Positions 12,557 through 24,922 of a DNA stretch of 64,000 nucleotides are shown piece by piece. The stretch spans positions 51,418,096 through 51,482,095 of the forward strand of contig NC_068981.1 of NCBI RefSeq assembly GCF_001194135.2, read 5' to 3'. This DNA is from Octopus bimaculoides. Taxonomy: Eukaryota. Positions within the stretch are counted from its first letter, which is position 1. Every line of letters begins with the position of its first letter. The position numbers were made by a program, and so were the translations under genes. Below the pieces are notes generated by a model that worked only from the letters and a program-made list of their open reading frames with translations, made no database searches and was not told where the DNA came from.

Positions 12557-13212
12557 GACCTGAATTGTTCTCAAAACAAAATTCAGCGGAATACCAAAGC
12601 GTAAGCGGGCAAGATATTTAAAATTACCGAAAAAAATCATTATTAAACAGGAAATAGTTTCGAAATTACCACTCTTACCGAATGTCTGTTTCTCTTCTGC
12701 CTGATCGTAATGTAACCATGATCCTCAGAACCCTATACAAAGTTGCCCACTGTCATAGGTGAACGTGTATGTGGTTCTGTTAATTACAGTTTAATGGTAA
12801 AATTCAAAAGTCTTCGTTTTGGCGCGCTAATTCCGGGAATATGTCTGCAGAAAAAATATTTACTGCGTCGCATATATCCAGTTTGAGAACTTGGTTACGG
12901 TTAATTCAATTAAAAACATAGGGTAAAAAATCATATATTAATTAATATCGATTTATTACCAGGAAGCTAGCACATTTAAAGAATCAAAGAGATTCAGAAA
13001 CAATATCTGCGATCTCAGGGGATTAAAGTATATTTTAATATATAACGTTGACCACTCACGTGCACACTTAATGCGCTAGAAATAGATCACATCTTGTGTC
13101 TACTAAGACCTAAACTGTTCTCAAAACAAAATTCAGCGGAATACCAAAGCGTAAGCGAGCAGGACATTTAAAATTACCGAAAAAATCATTATTAAACAGG
13201 AACTAGTTTCGA
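12554..13212. repeat. ~110-bp direct repeat at 547-bp spacing
   Basis: 12554-12662 and 13101-13211 are both actaagacct...cagcggaataccaaagcgtaagcg...tagtttcga. Confidence 0.9.
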
Positions 13213-16200
13213 TATATATATATATGTATGTGTATGTACATATATATGCATATATATATATGTATATANNNNNNNNNNNNNNNNNNNNNNNNNNNNNNNN
13301 NNNNNNNNNNNNNNNNNNNNNNNNNNNNNNNNNNNNNNNNNNNNNNNNNNNNNNNNNNNNNNNNNNNNNNNNNNNNNNNNNNNNNNNNNNNNNNNNNNNN
13401 NNNNNNNNNNNNNNNNNNNNNNNNNNNNNNNNNNNNNNNNNNNNNNNNNNNNNNNNNNNNNNNNNNNNNNNNNNNNNNNNNNNNNNNNNNNNNNNNNNNN
13501 NNNNNNNNNNNNNNNNNNNNNNNNNNNNNNNNNNNNNNNNNNNNNNNNNNNNNNNNNNNNNNNNNNNNNNNNNNNNNNNNNNNNNNNNNNNNNNNNNNNN
13601 NNNNNNNNNNNNNNNNNNNNNNNNNNNNNNNNNNNNNNNNNNNNNNNNNNNNNNNNNNNNNNNNNNNNNNNNNNNNNNNNNNNNNNNNNNNNNNNNNNNN
13701 NNNNNNNNNNNNNNNNNNNNNNNNNNNNNNNNNNNNNNNNNNNNNNNNNNNNNNNNNNNNNNNNNNNNNNNNNNNNNNNNNNNNNNNNNNNNNNNNNNNN
13801 NNNNNNNNNNNNNNNNNNNNNNNNNNNNNNNNNNNNNNNNNNNNNNNNNNNNNNNNNNNNNNNNNNNNNNNNNNNNNNNNNNATATATAGTTGTAAGTTC
13901 CATTATTGGTAGCATCTACAAAAAAGCACTTCATCCAGTGAGAGATAAATAGCATTCAATATGCACAATTTCAAAAGAGCTACTAACAGTTTCGTGGTTT
14001 AAATTACTACATTAAATTGGCAGATTTATATAAAATGCGATGTAACTCCAAACATTCTTTCAGACTCAGTTAAAAAAAAAAAGAGGACGCTGATCTATGA
14101 GAAAATATGATAACAAAAGGGACAAGAAGGCAAACGCGAAGAATATTGATGCAAAAAATGGAACGAGAAGAAAGAAAAGAAAAGTGAAGAAAACCATGAT
14201 CTTCCTCCTTTTTTGACTGTAGAAAACATGATTAATGTATGTCATGCAGAATAATATAACGGAAATGATGTCAAAGTCTTTGAAATAGCTACTCAAAACG
14301 GAATGGGTGGTGTCTTGCAGTTCGACAAAAGGAATTTGTCCATGTTCTTGAATATGCTAGTGAATCGGATCTGGAATTAATTAGTGAAGGGGAATTCTTG
14401 GATCTAAAAGACTGAGAGATGTTGAAGCTACTTATAACTTCCCTTTGAACCATTTATATATTGTATAGACTTCTTCACGAATCTCCACTTGATTGTATGT
14501 GTTGTGCATATAGTCTTCATATCCTATACCTGACCAGCCCACTTAGGCCTTATTTGTATTAATGCGTCGGAAAGAAGACTGCTGTCTTGCATAACGGCTT
14601 TTTAATTTTACCTTCGCATAAACAGATGTAACTTTACTTCTCAACTATGCTGCCTGGAGCACTGCTCTAACTTAGGCGTCATAAACAACTGAGTTTATGA
14701 AACACGCTTGATCAAACTGGCAAGCTTGCGGGTATCGACAGTTACAACAAGGAGTGGTCGCTCGGTGTGACTTGCAAGTGATAATACCCTTCATATCATG
14801 GAAGCAGATGTACAAAAGTTTTATTGATCGTCTATTAAAATTCTGCCTGTATTTGTGGTTTACTGAGAAACGCTTATTTAATAATGCCAGCAATTTCTTG
14901 CCTGTGTAAGTTTTAACATTTAAGGAGAAAAAGGGGTGGTGAACATTATTATTTTCCTAGGTCTACTTTGAGGCTTCATATTTTTTTAACGAAGGGGTTA
15001 TATGATATCTTATCTTTGAATCTCCAATTAGCTAGAGCATTGTTATAGTAGGTTTATACTTTATCAAAAAGAGGATAGAATAGATATCCTATTTCTAACG
15101 AGAGATATTAGGTTCTTTTAAAACACTATGAGGGGTTTTAAACACTATAGGTCTGTTCATGTATCTGTACATGTAGATACGTCTCAATTAATTTCTAACA
15201 TATCTTATTAAAGCACTGCCACTATATATAGTTTTCTTTTGATGAGACACTATAACAAAGATCATGTGTCTCTTTATCACATGTAAACCCATCAAACCAC
15301 TCATACACACATGTATGTGTGTTTGTTTGTGTGTGGGTATGTGTGTGTGTGTGAGTGCGTATGTATTTATGATGCACCGTTTACATTCTTTTCGCATGGG
15401 TAGCAGAGAATTTATATATTTTTAATACATATGTGAGTCACATACATATTATTTGCTGTTAATTTTAAAGTAAAATTCGGAACAAAACACACGAAACATA
15501 AAACATACATTATTGACAAGGTTTCCTTAAATAGATATTTCTGCCTGTCACTTTGCTTTCAAGTTCATTTCAGCGGACATACATGGTATAAATTGTAGCC
15601 CTGAGGATTTGCAGAAAAAAAGACGAAAATAGACGTATGTAAAAGAAATGAAACTATACAATGAGATTTAGTAGTCTCTGCACGCATTTCTTTTCAAAAG
15701 TTGAATTATCAGCAATAATTAATTTTAGTCGATAACATTTTCTGTTGCCTCTATAAAAGCGATGCTGATTTCTTTTGTCAAAGATATAAAGCCAAATTTT
15801 GTAAGGCAGTGAATATAGTCAACTGAATAAAACCAACTGTATCTATGGTATTTGTGTAAACCTTTCAATCCTTGCACGAGGACATTAGAAGCATAATAAA
15901 GTAGGTTAGCTTTAAGATTCAATTCTGGATAACGTACAGCTCACAATCAGTTAACTACTCGCTTAAAAGTGGTTTCCATACATAAGCAACACTGACGACC
16001 AGCATAGTCACAATGTCCCTCATTGATAGAAAAACAAAAGAATCTGATTGGATAAAACCTGTTAACTATTTCTGTTAAACGGATAAAAATATATCTAAGT
16101 CAACGCCATCAGGGTTTGAACACTGAATATGCACTACAAATTATTTAATCAGTTTTCCGACTCATTGATGTTAAGAATATTGAATTCTTAGGTTGAATGG

Positions 16201-16399
16201 ATGTAAAAGATCAGTAAGGTAGAAATATATTTGACTGAAGGAGATCTAGTATTACTACGTATTCCTGAAACATTGTAATCTTTATTTAGCAGAATCATGA
16301 ATGCGCCAATCAAAGACCCTTCTAGAGTCTGGTGCATCAGTCTACGATCACAGTTGAACTCCTTTCGGGATCATCCATGCTTTTACGTCTTCCAGGTTC

Positions 16400-16598
16400 A
16401 ATAATATGAATTATCAGCCAATTAATCGGATCGATTTAACCGACGCACCCCTACTGCCGAATTTGTGGTCTTGTGTCTATTTTAGAAGGTGTCCCACGCA
16501 GAGTAACTTTACCAGCAACGTTTCATCCCCTTGGAGACGATGAAATAAAGTACGAGTCTACAACTAAAGTCAATGGTATTCACAGCCTCGTTCCCCTG
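16400..16598 (+). mobile_element. Two old SINE-B remnants
   Basis: A tail-beta-like piece (gaatttgtggtcttgtgtc) and a core-like piece (tttcatccccttggagacgatgaaataaagtac). Confidence 0.45.

Positions 16599-16663
<65 letters not shown>
16599..16663. repeat. (ATT)n microsatellite
   Basis: Perfect trinucleotide run. Confidence 0.98.
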
Positions 16664-16664
<1 letters not shown>

Positions 16665-16666
16665 AA

Positions 16667-16890
16667 GGCAGCGAGTTAGCAGAATCGTTAGAACGATGGA
16701 CAAAATGCTTAGCGGTATTTCGCCCATCGCTACGTTTTAAGTTCAAACTCTACCGGGGTTGACTTTGCCTTTCATCCTTTCGAGGTCGATAAATTAACTA
16801 CCAGTGAAACACTGGGGTCGATGTAATCGTCTAGTCTCCTCCCCAGCATTTTCGGTCCTTGTGCCACTAGCAGAAAGTATTATTACTATT
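16667..16890 (+). mobile_element. SINE family B, tail beta
   Basis: ggcagcgagttagcagaa head, core, and tail ccttgtgccactagcagaaag followed by ATT-like repeats. Confidence 0.88.
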
Positions 16891-16898
16891 ACTTTTAA

Positions 16899-17125
16899 GG
16901 CAGCGAGCCACAAGAATAGTTAGAACACTGGACGAAGTGCTTAGCGGTATTTCTCTCGTCATTACTTTCTGAAATCAAATTCCACAGACGTCGACTTTGT
17001 GTTTCATCCTCTCGGGATCGATACGAATAAGTGCCTCTTGAATACTGGAGTCGAAGTAATCGACTCATCCCCTACACCAAAATTACTGCCCTTGTAGCAA
17101 AAATTGAAACCATTATTATTATTAT
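16899..17125 (+). mobile_element. SINE family B, diverged, ending in (ATT)n
   Basis: Same head, core and tail order; (ATT)n at 17112-17125. Confidence 0.8.
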
Positions 17126-18964
17126 GCGGTTGTTTTTTCTTCATTCTTCAAATTTTCTTCCATTTCTCGCCGTGTGTTATCCGTACACCTAGGGCAGAGA
17201 AGCTCATTGTATGCATTCCGAGTTTACACACGCAAATTCACAGGTAAAATATGTATTTAAAAATAATTAATAAATAAATAAATTCATGAATAGATGTTGT
17301 TTTCTCAGTGATAATGCTCTTCTCAGTTCATGAGTTGTTCCAGTTAACACGATCTTTTGCACTTCCTGTAGGGATGGTAAGCCTGGTATCATTTTAAAAT
17401 AGGTTTCAGTACTTTTTCCATTATTCCTAGAAATCCTACAATCACTGGTACGGTAGTCGCCTTGAGGTGCCACATTTTTTCAATTTCTATTAGCAGGACT
17501 TTATAATTACTGGTCTTGTCAAATTCTTTCGCCGCTATATTGTGATTGCAAGGAATACTCATGTCAGTTAATAAACCCACCTTTTTTGTCTGATCTTTTT
17601 ATAATAATAGCTTATTAGCTTTTATAGTTTTGTCGGTGTGTTCGGGGAAGTCCCAGAGAATCCATACATTTTCTCCCTCAGTCACAGCTTCAGGATGGTG
17701 TTTATACCATTTGTCAGCGGTTTTGATTTAAAATGCTGACATACTGTTCAGTGTAGATACTGGCCCACTCTGTCATGTCATTCTTTATATTCTACAGAGG
17801 TGTTAAAACTCTACACCCTGAGATTAGGTGGTCTATAGTTTCAATCTCATCATAACAGAATCGGCATTTTGGGTCAGCTCCGTTTTTTATCACATTGGCT
17901 TGGACGTTCCGGGTTAATAAGGTTTGGTATTGAGCAGCTAATATGAAACCTTCACTCACTGCTTTTAGCTCTGAGCTTCGTAACCATTGATACGTGTGTT
18001 TCCGGTTGACATCAGCTTGTTTGCCACATACTTTCCATGCAGAGGTTTCTGTTCTCATCTTATAGCTAATTTTTCATGTGCTTTTTTCTTTGCAATTAAT
18101 TGTATTTTCTTTGCAGCATCAGTTGGCGCATTTCCTTCAACATGATCAATCTGGTAGGTAACTAAGAGGTTGGTAGCGAGTTTTTTGCTCTCTTTCAGAA
18201 TCGAGTGAAGTTTTTTCGGTCTTTCATATTTTGCAACAAGTTTCAGCATCCAATCGTTGGTTGTTTCAAGGTATTTGGCCAGTCCGATTGCGGTGGTTTT
18301 GTACGTATGTTCAAGCTGGATCAAGCCTCGACCTCCCTGAGCTCTGGGAAGGTAAAGACGATCCACGTCTGCCTTTGGATGGTGCATCTTATTACAAGTC
18401 GGTAGCTTACGGATTTTTCTGTCAATTTTCATTATTTCATTGGTATTCCAGTTAAGCATATTGAAGCTATAAAGTACAACTGGGACTGCTAAGGAATTTA
18501 TGGCTAACACCTTATTATATGCATTCAGCTCAGACTTCAGAACTACTTGATCTCTTCTATAACATTCCTTCCTAGCCTTCTTTTTGAGGCTTGCATGCTG
18601 GATACCAGAGCCTTCATTTATTCCTAGGTATTTATAGGTTTCTTCCTGCTCAAGATCCTTTATTACTGTTTGGACATCTAATTCTATTGAACTTGATTTT
18701 ACCAGTTTCCCTTTCTTAAAAGTGGCTTTGGCACACTTTTCAAGGCCAAACTCCATCCCGATATCATCACTGAATCGTTTCACAGTATGTACTAGCACTT
18801 CAATCTCTTCATCATCTTTGCCATATAGTTTTTAATCATCCATATAAAATAGATGGCATATTTTCCTGTTGTCAATTTTGTAGCCATTCCCTGTTCTATT
18901 CAGTTCACTTGAGAGTGGTATTAGTGCTATGCAGAAAAATAGTGGCGACAGTCAGTTACCTTGG
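17126..18964 (-). mobile_element. R4/Dong-like RLE non-LTR retrotransposon, 5'-truncated and decayed
   Basis: RT motifs QGN*LSPLFFCIALIPL and HLFYMDD*KLYG, then YKYLGI and HHPKADVDRLYLPRAQGGRGL (ORF 18055-18798). CCHC knuckle CRFCYDEIETIDHLISGC (ORF 17792-18058). Restriction-like endonuclease region ...DMSIP...K...VPVIVGFLG. Confidence 0.9.
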
Positions 18965-19497
18965 GTGGAGTGTTCCATATCTAGTTAGCAACTTCCTTGT
19001 CTTTCTGTCTAATCTGTTTACTTCGTGTACTGTCCACACGATTAGTCCTGTTCCATATCTAAGAAGTGAAACCCCCAGGTGTTGATAGCTTCAATCTTAT
19101 TCCGTCCGTTTAATTTCGACTTAAGGATCAGTCTCAGTCTGCGCAAGTATACTGCCTTAAATTTTTCTGTCATTTCTTTCTCCGTCAATTTATCCATTTC
19201 CAATATCCCCAGGTACTTATAGCCCGTGTCTTCTATCTGCTTCATAACATCCCCTGATGTTATCGTTAGTCAATCCATACATTTGATTTTTCTTCTCTTC
19301 AAGACTAACACATCACACTTTCTTAGTCCGAACACCATTCTGATATCGGCACTGAAGGTATACACCGTATAACGAGGGAACTGACTTGGGCTTCATATTT
19401 ACCATAAACTTTGAGGTCATCCATGAATAACAAATGGTTCACTTTTTGTTGGTGGCATTTGAATACACACCCAGCTTTTGCTTTCCTCAGAATCAGT

Positions 19498-19498
<1 letters not shown>
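18959..19498 (-). mobile_element. Second R4/Dong-like RT fragment (different subfamily)
   Basis: NHLLFMDDLKVYG, GYKYLGILEMDK, LKSKLNGRNKIEAINTW, RLDRKTRKLLTRYGTLHPR. Confidence 0.88.

Positions 19499-19567
<69 letters not shown>
19499..19567. repeat. (TAT)n microsatellite between LINE fragments
   Basis: Perfect run. Confidence 0.98.
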
Positions 19568-19862
19568 CTAATTTTAACCTGCATATTCGTTACAATCACT
19601 TGTCGAGACACATCCGGCGTCTTAGGGCGAGTGAAGGATAAGAGATGTTACTGAAAGCTTGTGGAAGGGAGATGCCAGGGGCAGTAGCGAAGTATCTTCA
19701 TGTAATGCAACACAGACATTTAAATTGATAGGGTTTTTCTAGGGATGTGGGCAGTACTTGTCAACACATTTTTTTGGGGGGATTTCTCTGAGACATGTTT
19801 CTCCTGGGATATTATCTAATGTTTTAAACATCCCTTTGTTATCATACCTAAGGCACCCACAA
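19568..19862 (-). mobile_element. R4/Dong-like extreme 3' fragment
   Basis: VGALGMITKGCLKH is the RLE C-terminus, homologous to VGFLGIMEK in the first element. A 3' UTR follows and ends in (TAA)n. Confidence 0.7.
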
Positions 19863-19884
19863 AATTATTATTATCTTTATTATC

Positions 19885-19985
19885 ACTGGTGGTGGTGGGA
19901 GGTGACGTCGGTGGCGGCGGTGATGATGGTGGTGTCGTCGTCGTCGTCGTCGTTGTTGTCGTCCTTGTCACCGTCAGCACCACCT
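19885..19985. repeat. Compound (GGT)/(GTC) low-complexity repeat
   Basis: Read directly. Confidence 0.8.
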
Positions 19986-20399
19986 CTGACCTATACTGAC
20001 CGTGCATATTGATGTTCAAGAAGTTTATATTGCGATTTATAAGTGTCTGAAATGAAAATTGGAGATCTCTATTAATGTATGAGAAATTCTCTATTATTAA
20101 AAGCTCCGTATCTCTTATCATTGGCGGAGAAAATATCATGTACCCAACAATCACTTTTATTCAAAATATCAAGACTAAAGTTTGAAGCGGGAGCAGCGTT
20201 GAGAAGCAATCATGATAATCGTGACAGCGGTAACACTAAATCTGGTTTGTGAACAGAAAATCTGCCTTATCAAAGCAAAAGAGTAACTTTTTGCTTTTTG
20301 TTCGGAGAAATATAATAACAAATGCTTCCGTATTAACGCTGGCGACGCCATTAATTTTATGGTACAGCTCAGATACGGTGCAGAAAACGTTTCCAGTGT

Positions 20400-20720
20400 T
20401 AACAACAAGAACAGCAACAACAGCAGCATCAACAGTGACAACAAGAATGAAAACAAAAAGAATAGTAATGCAATGAAAGATGGAACAGATAAAAAAAATG
20501 TTAACATCGACAAGACCAGAAAAAGGTTGAAATGTCAATGCAAAGTTGAACGAAATAACTGACACCAACTTCATCATGATGAGCAACAGCAACAATAACA
20601 AATACGAAAAACAAACTACCAAAAAATACCAAAAGTAGTGATAGCAATAAAACAATAAAAAAGAAGATAACGCCAACAGCATTCACAGTAGTACATAAAA
20701 AATAAAAACATCAATAAATG
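20400..20720. repeat. AAC-rich low-complexity tract (similar tract at 21270-21400)
   Basis: Degenerate AAC/AAG repeats. Confidence 0.7.
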
Positions 20721-22974
20721 AAGCAAGATTGCAAGAGCCACCAACATATGGATTAGATGCTATCTTCATTTCAAAGCCAAAGATATATTTTGAATGAAGT
20801 TCTATGTAGGACGGCCTGAAGTTATAATGCTTCTGGAAGACGATTTCTGTAGTTCGCGAAGTAAAACAGTTAAATCTTTTCCCCAGCGCTAGAAGAAGAG
20901 TAACTGGAAAGTGGGTCATGTAATATATTATATTTCTGGAAATGGAAACATGGACCACTGGAAAATTTGCTTTAAAATGTGAAGAAAGTGAGACTGCACT
21001 TCAGAAACCGTGTTTTGGAGAAATCCCCAAATCCTAAATCTAGGGATAGTCGTCCTTTCATATAGAGTGCTGATAAAGTTCAGTCAGCGGACCTTGGTAG
21101 TGATACTGCATGATGGAAGGCGCATGGACCTTTTCTTTGGTCAGATTTAAAATATAATAGAATTTTGTCTTGATGCGGCTAAAAGCAAGAAAGTTCTTCA
21201 ATCTTCGAATGTTTTGTAGGGTTAAACTAAACTAAGGGAAGGCTGTGAACGTAATATATCTACCAAACAAAGACGAACAACATAATTAACACAAACACAC
21301 AGAGTCTAGAAAGAAATGATCAACAACAAAACCAACAAACCCAGAACAGGGATAGCAACAACAAAGACAAGAACAAGAAAAACAACACTCTTCTTGAAAA
21401 AAAAACAGATTTGACGGATTTCTTAAAATAGAAGTGATAGAAACGTTTCTACTTAAAAGTGAAAATGACATCTTCATTAAGGCATAGAACTACGCGGGGC
21501 AAATTCCCAAGGAAGTGTCGGTTGTCAAGAGAGATTGTTAAGAGAGACTGTAGGCTGCAGAATGTTAGAAAGGTCCTGTAGAGAACGAAGATCACAAACA
21601 CATAACGTAAGTTCAGTAATTTCTTCACATCATATGCTAATCCGTTGAATTTGGGATACGTGAATAACGATGTATGTCATGGTGGGTCACTTTATATATT
21701 ATTTCTAAGTCTCATGCTTTAGTGCTCCGTCTGATTGACTACGAGGTTTGCGCATCCTGCACTGGAACCAGACCTTGTGAGATGCTCTTATTTTTCCAGA
21801 AACATCTACATCACTATATAAAAAGTTTCCTTTACTTGTATGCGTTCTGCCTAAAGATTTGTCATCGTCTATTCCTAGATAGAGCTCGGACCAGCAGATA
21901 TTTTAAGGCATCTGGAAAGTCTCATAGGATCATTACATCCTGATTAGAACTGTACAGACGCTAAAATTATGTACGCGTACCTGACATGGCTTTGTGTTTC
22001 TTACTTTGTAGTTGTTTCCCAACTACCAATGGGCTTAAGCAAACCTCAGTAGGTCTTAAAGTTGTATTCATATAGAACTTTTATTAGCCTAGCAGAAAGA
22101 AACAGTGTAAGACGTCTACAATTTAACATACTTAGCTAGAAAAACTAGATGAAATGTTATCCAGCATAAAACTACCCAGAAAGGGACATGAGTACTGAAC
22201 TCTCAATGTTATTTAAGGCAAGAAGTTTAAAGTGACTGGTATAGCAAGCTACCTAAGAGGGAATTGGAGACAATCATCAAGGACATGTGGTATACCATAT
22301 TAAAGAGTAAAATTAGAACAAAATTTCCTAGTTTTATTACAGATGTAGCTTTAAAGAACAATATATTGGAGAAAGTGTTAAACGATTACCCGAAAAGCCT
22401 ATTAGAAAGTAAAAGAGTACGAAGTGTAAGCAATAAAAATACTCCTAGACAATTTCTTCGATGTCAAACAAGAAAATTATGTTGTCCGAGAAAAGATGCA
22501 CGTTGACACAAAAGAACGACAGGTTTTCAATGGACCCGGTTGTCGCGAGTGGAAAGTGGCAACAAAAGTATATTTTCGTTCTTCAGAGACCGCGTACTAA
22601 ATTATTGCAAGCGGGTGATTTTTATCTTTGGCCAGACTTTATCAAACTGTTGGCAACTCGCGAAGAGGCTGTCGCTTGTAGTCGACTAATCCTTATCTCA
22701 AAACTTACTGAAAAAATTGTATAAATTAAAGACATCTGAGCTGAGGAAAGAGAAAAATAGGAGAATTATATCCTGTAATTAACAGATACGTTTATTCAGT
22801 CGCAGGCAAAATTAATTTTATCATTGACCCTCGGTGTCTTCATAACAAAATCCATACCTAGACTAAAATTACATTTACGCATCCGTTGCAGATAGATGCT
22901 GTTTATTTTGTTTTTAATTCCCTCCCTCTTTTTAAATACTTTACTGAAAACATTCATGCATCGAATTCGAGGGT

Positions 22975-23035
22975 AGTGGTCATCATCATTATCATCATCA
23001 TCATCATCATTACCATCATCACCACTACCATTATT
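22975..23035. repeat. (ATC)n imperfect microsatellite
   Basis: Read directly. Confidence 0.85.
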
Positions 23036-23044
23036 CTGAAATAC

Positions 23045-24090
23045 GGCAGGCAGTCAGTGATAGCACAAGTTGTAAATCGCCTGAGTTGGATGGTCTCCCC
23101 TACTAGATTGACATTTGTCAAATATTTGCAATCCCGAACATGTATATCCACGGCAACTTCAATCTTACGCGGTACATCGTAGAGAGGGCTGGAACTAAAG
23201 CTGGCTTTGGTGGGGATCTGATTAATTTGGATCAATCCAAAGCGTTCGATAGAGTCAACCATCGCAACTTGAAAACTCTCCTGAAGGCGGTCAGTTTTGG
23301 ACCCGTTTTCAGAGGCTGGATCAATGCAATACACAGCAACATCCGCTCAATAGTGAAATTAAATGACCACCTATCGGAAACGTTTCATATCGCACGCTCG
23401 TTCCGTCAGATTTTCTCCCTGTCGCCTCTTCTGTACGTGCTGGCTCTCGAGACACCGCTACAGAAATTGGAACAGTTGAGGTGCATCCCGTTTGAACTGG
23501 AACACGAGATGGCCATGTCGGCGTACGCGGCTGAAGTCACCGTCATGGTGTCTAATGCCTCCGAAGTGGAGACGGCAGGCACGATTTTAAAGGAATTTGA
23601 GTCGGTTGCAAGGGCCAAAATTAACGCCAAGTCGGTGGACTTATCAACGGAGTTCGTAGTAAAGATTACCCTGCCGCCTTCCATTATTCGGGCAGGTAAG
23701 GCAGTTTTCCTTGCCTGGTGGCAGTGGTGAAAGACGCTGTCTGGTGGACGAGGTTGAAAGGCATGATAACATAGACATTTTTCATTGGTAGAGCACTCGT
23801 CGAGTTCTTCAAGTTACACTTGAAGATAAAAGGGAAGTGCTGTCCTTGAGTCAATTTATTGAAATGTAAGTGAATCGCTAAAATGGCAAAAATGGATGAT
23901 ACGACTCTAAGTAGAGAGTTGTGAATCGGAGAACATGAATTGGAGAGAGCACTTGCCCTTGGTGTGAAGTGAGATGTTGGATGGTGGGGTTCCCCGTCTA
24001 TCCCTAAATGTCCTCTTTTTTTGTCCAACTTTCTTTCTTTGTACTGTTGTATATTGTGTATTATACATTTTATCTTAGTGTACACTGTGT
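23045..24090 (+). mobile_element. Tx1-clade (L1-like) LINE fragment: RT plus C-terminus with internal deletion
   Basis: ORF 23140-23730 contains LDQSKAFDRVNH, GPVFRGWI, SLSPLLYVLALE, SAYAAEV (decayed YADD) and AKIN. It then jumps to a C-terminal segment (RALVEFFKLHLKIK) homologous to 39100-39180. Confidence 0.88.
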
Positions 24091-24144
24091 AAACGTCTTA
24101 TATATATATACTTTTTGTCATTTCATTTTATGTAAACGCTAAGA

Positions 24145-24298
24145 AGGCCGGACGAAATGTTTAAAGGCATTTCGTCGTTCGTTACGTTCTGCGTTCAAAT
24201 TCCGCCGAGAGACGCCTTTACCTTTCAGCCTTTCGGGGTCAATTAAGTATCAGTTGATACAGGGGTCGATGACATCGACTTAGTACCCCTACCTTCGG
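24145..24298 (+). mobile_element. SINE family B, partial
   Basis: gttcaaattccgccgag B-box and cctttcggggtc core. Confidence 0.8.
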
Positions 24299-24830
24299 GA
24301 GACTGCTGTTTGGTATTTGCCATGCTGTTTGGTATTTGCTATGGTATTCAGTTGGTCTTGTATTGGGTTCCGTTTTTACAGCTTTTACTTTTTTAACTGA
24401 AAACCTCCCATGAACGTGTGTTGTTCTTTCGTAGTTATAATTATAATTATTATCATTATTGATGTATCAGTGGGAGACCGAACAGAAATAACAATGTGCA
24501 TATATACAGAGGTCTTGTATAAATATCGCTGCATATGTAATCAAAAGGTAGAATTTAAAATCTTACTCACAGGCTTTCAGTTTTCGTACAGAAATGTGTT
24601 TACATTTTTACGCACACGTTGCTCTAACGGTTCATTTGGGAGAGGTTTTTTTTTATATACATATACTCCATATAACCAAAATCTTTCAGTTTCCTGAGAT
24701 GGATTACATTTTGATATAGTTTTCTGTCATTGATTTTGCAGATTCTTAATTTCTGTTTCATGATGGTTTCAGATATGATCTGTCTTCCCAGCAGCTCGCA
24801 GTCACACGTTATTTGGTATTCGTTGTGGTA

Positions 24831-24832
<2 letters not shown>

Positions 24833-24906
<74 letters not shown>

Positions 24907-24922
24907 TATTATTATTATTATT
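24833..24922. repeat. (ATT)n microsatellite
   Basis: Near-perfect run. Confidence 0.97.

Noticed and set aside
13133-13955. Long ORF-track entries across N runs (also 3113-3635, 33088-34029, 53367-54032, 59147-59727)
   Set aside because: They are open only because N codons contain no stops.
20800-22520. Possible very old CR1/L2-type RT (FKASGKSHRII resembling KAFDKVSH)
   Set aside because: One weak motif only; no second RT motif was found.
24303-24340. Short tandem duplications (19 bp here; 18 bp at ~34331; 11 bp x3 at ~47905; ~18 bp at ~50775)
   Set aside because: Ordinary slippage products with no shared motif.
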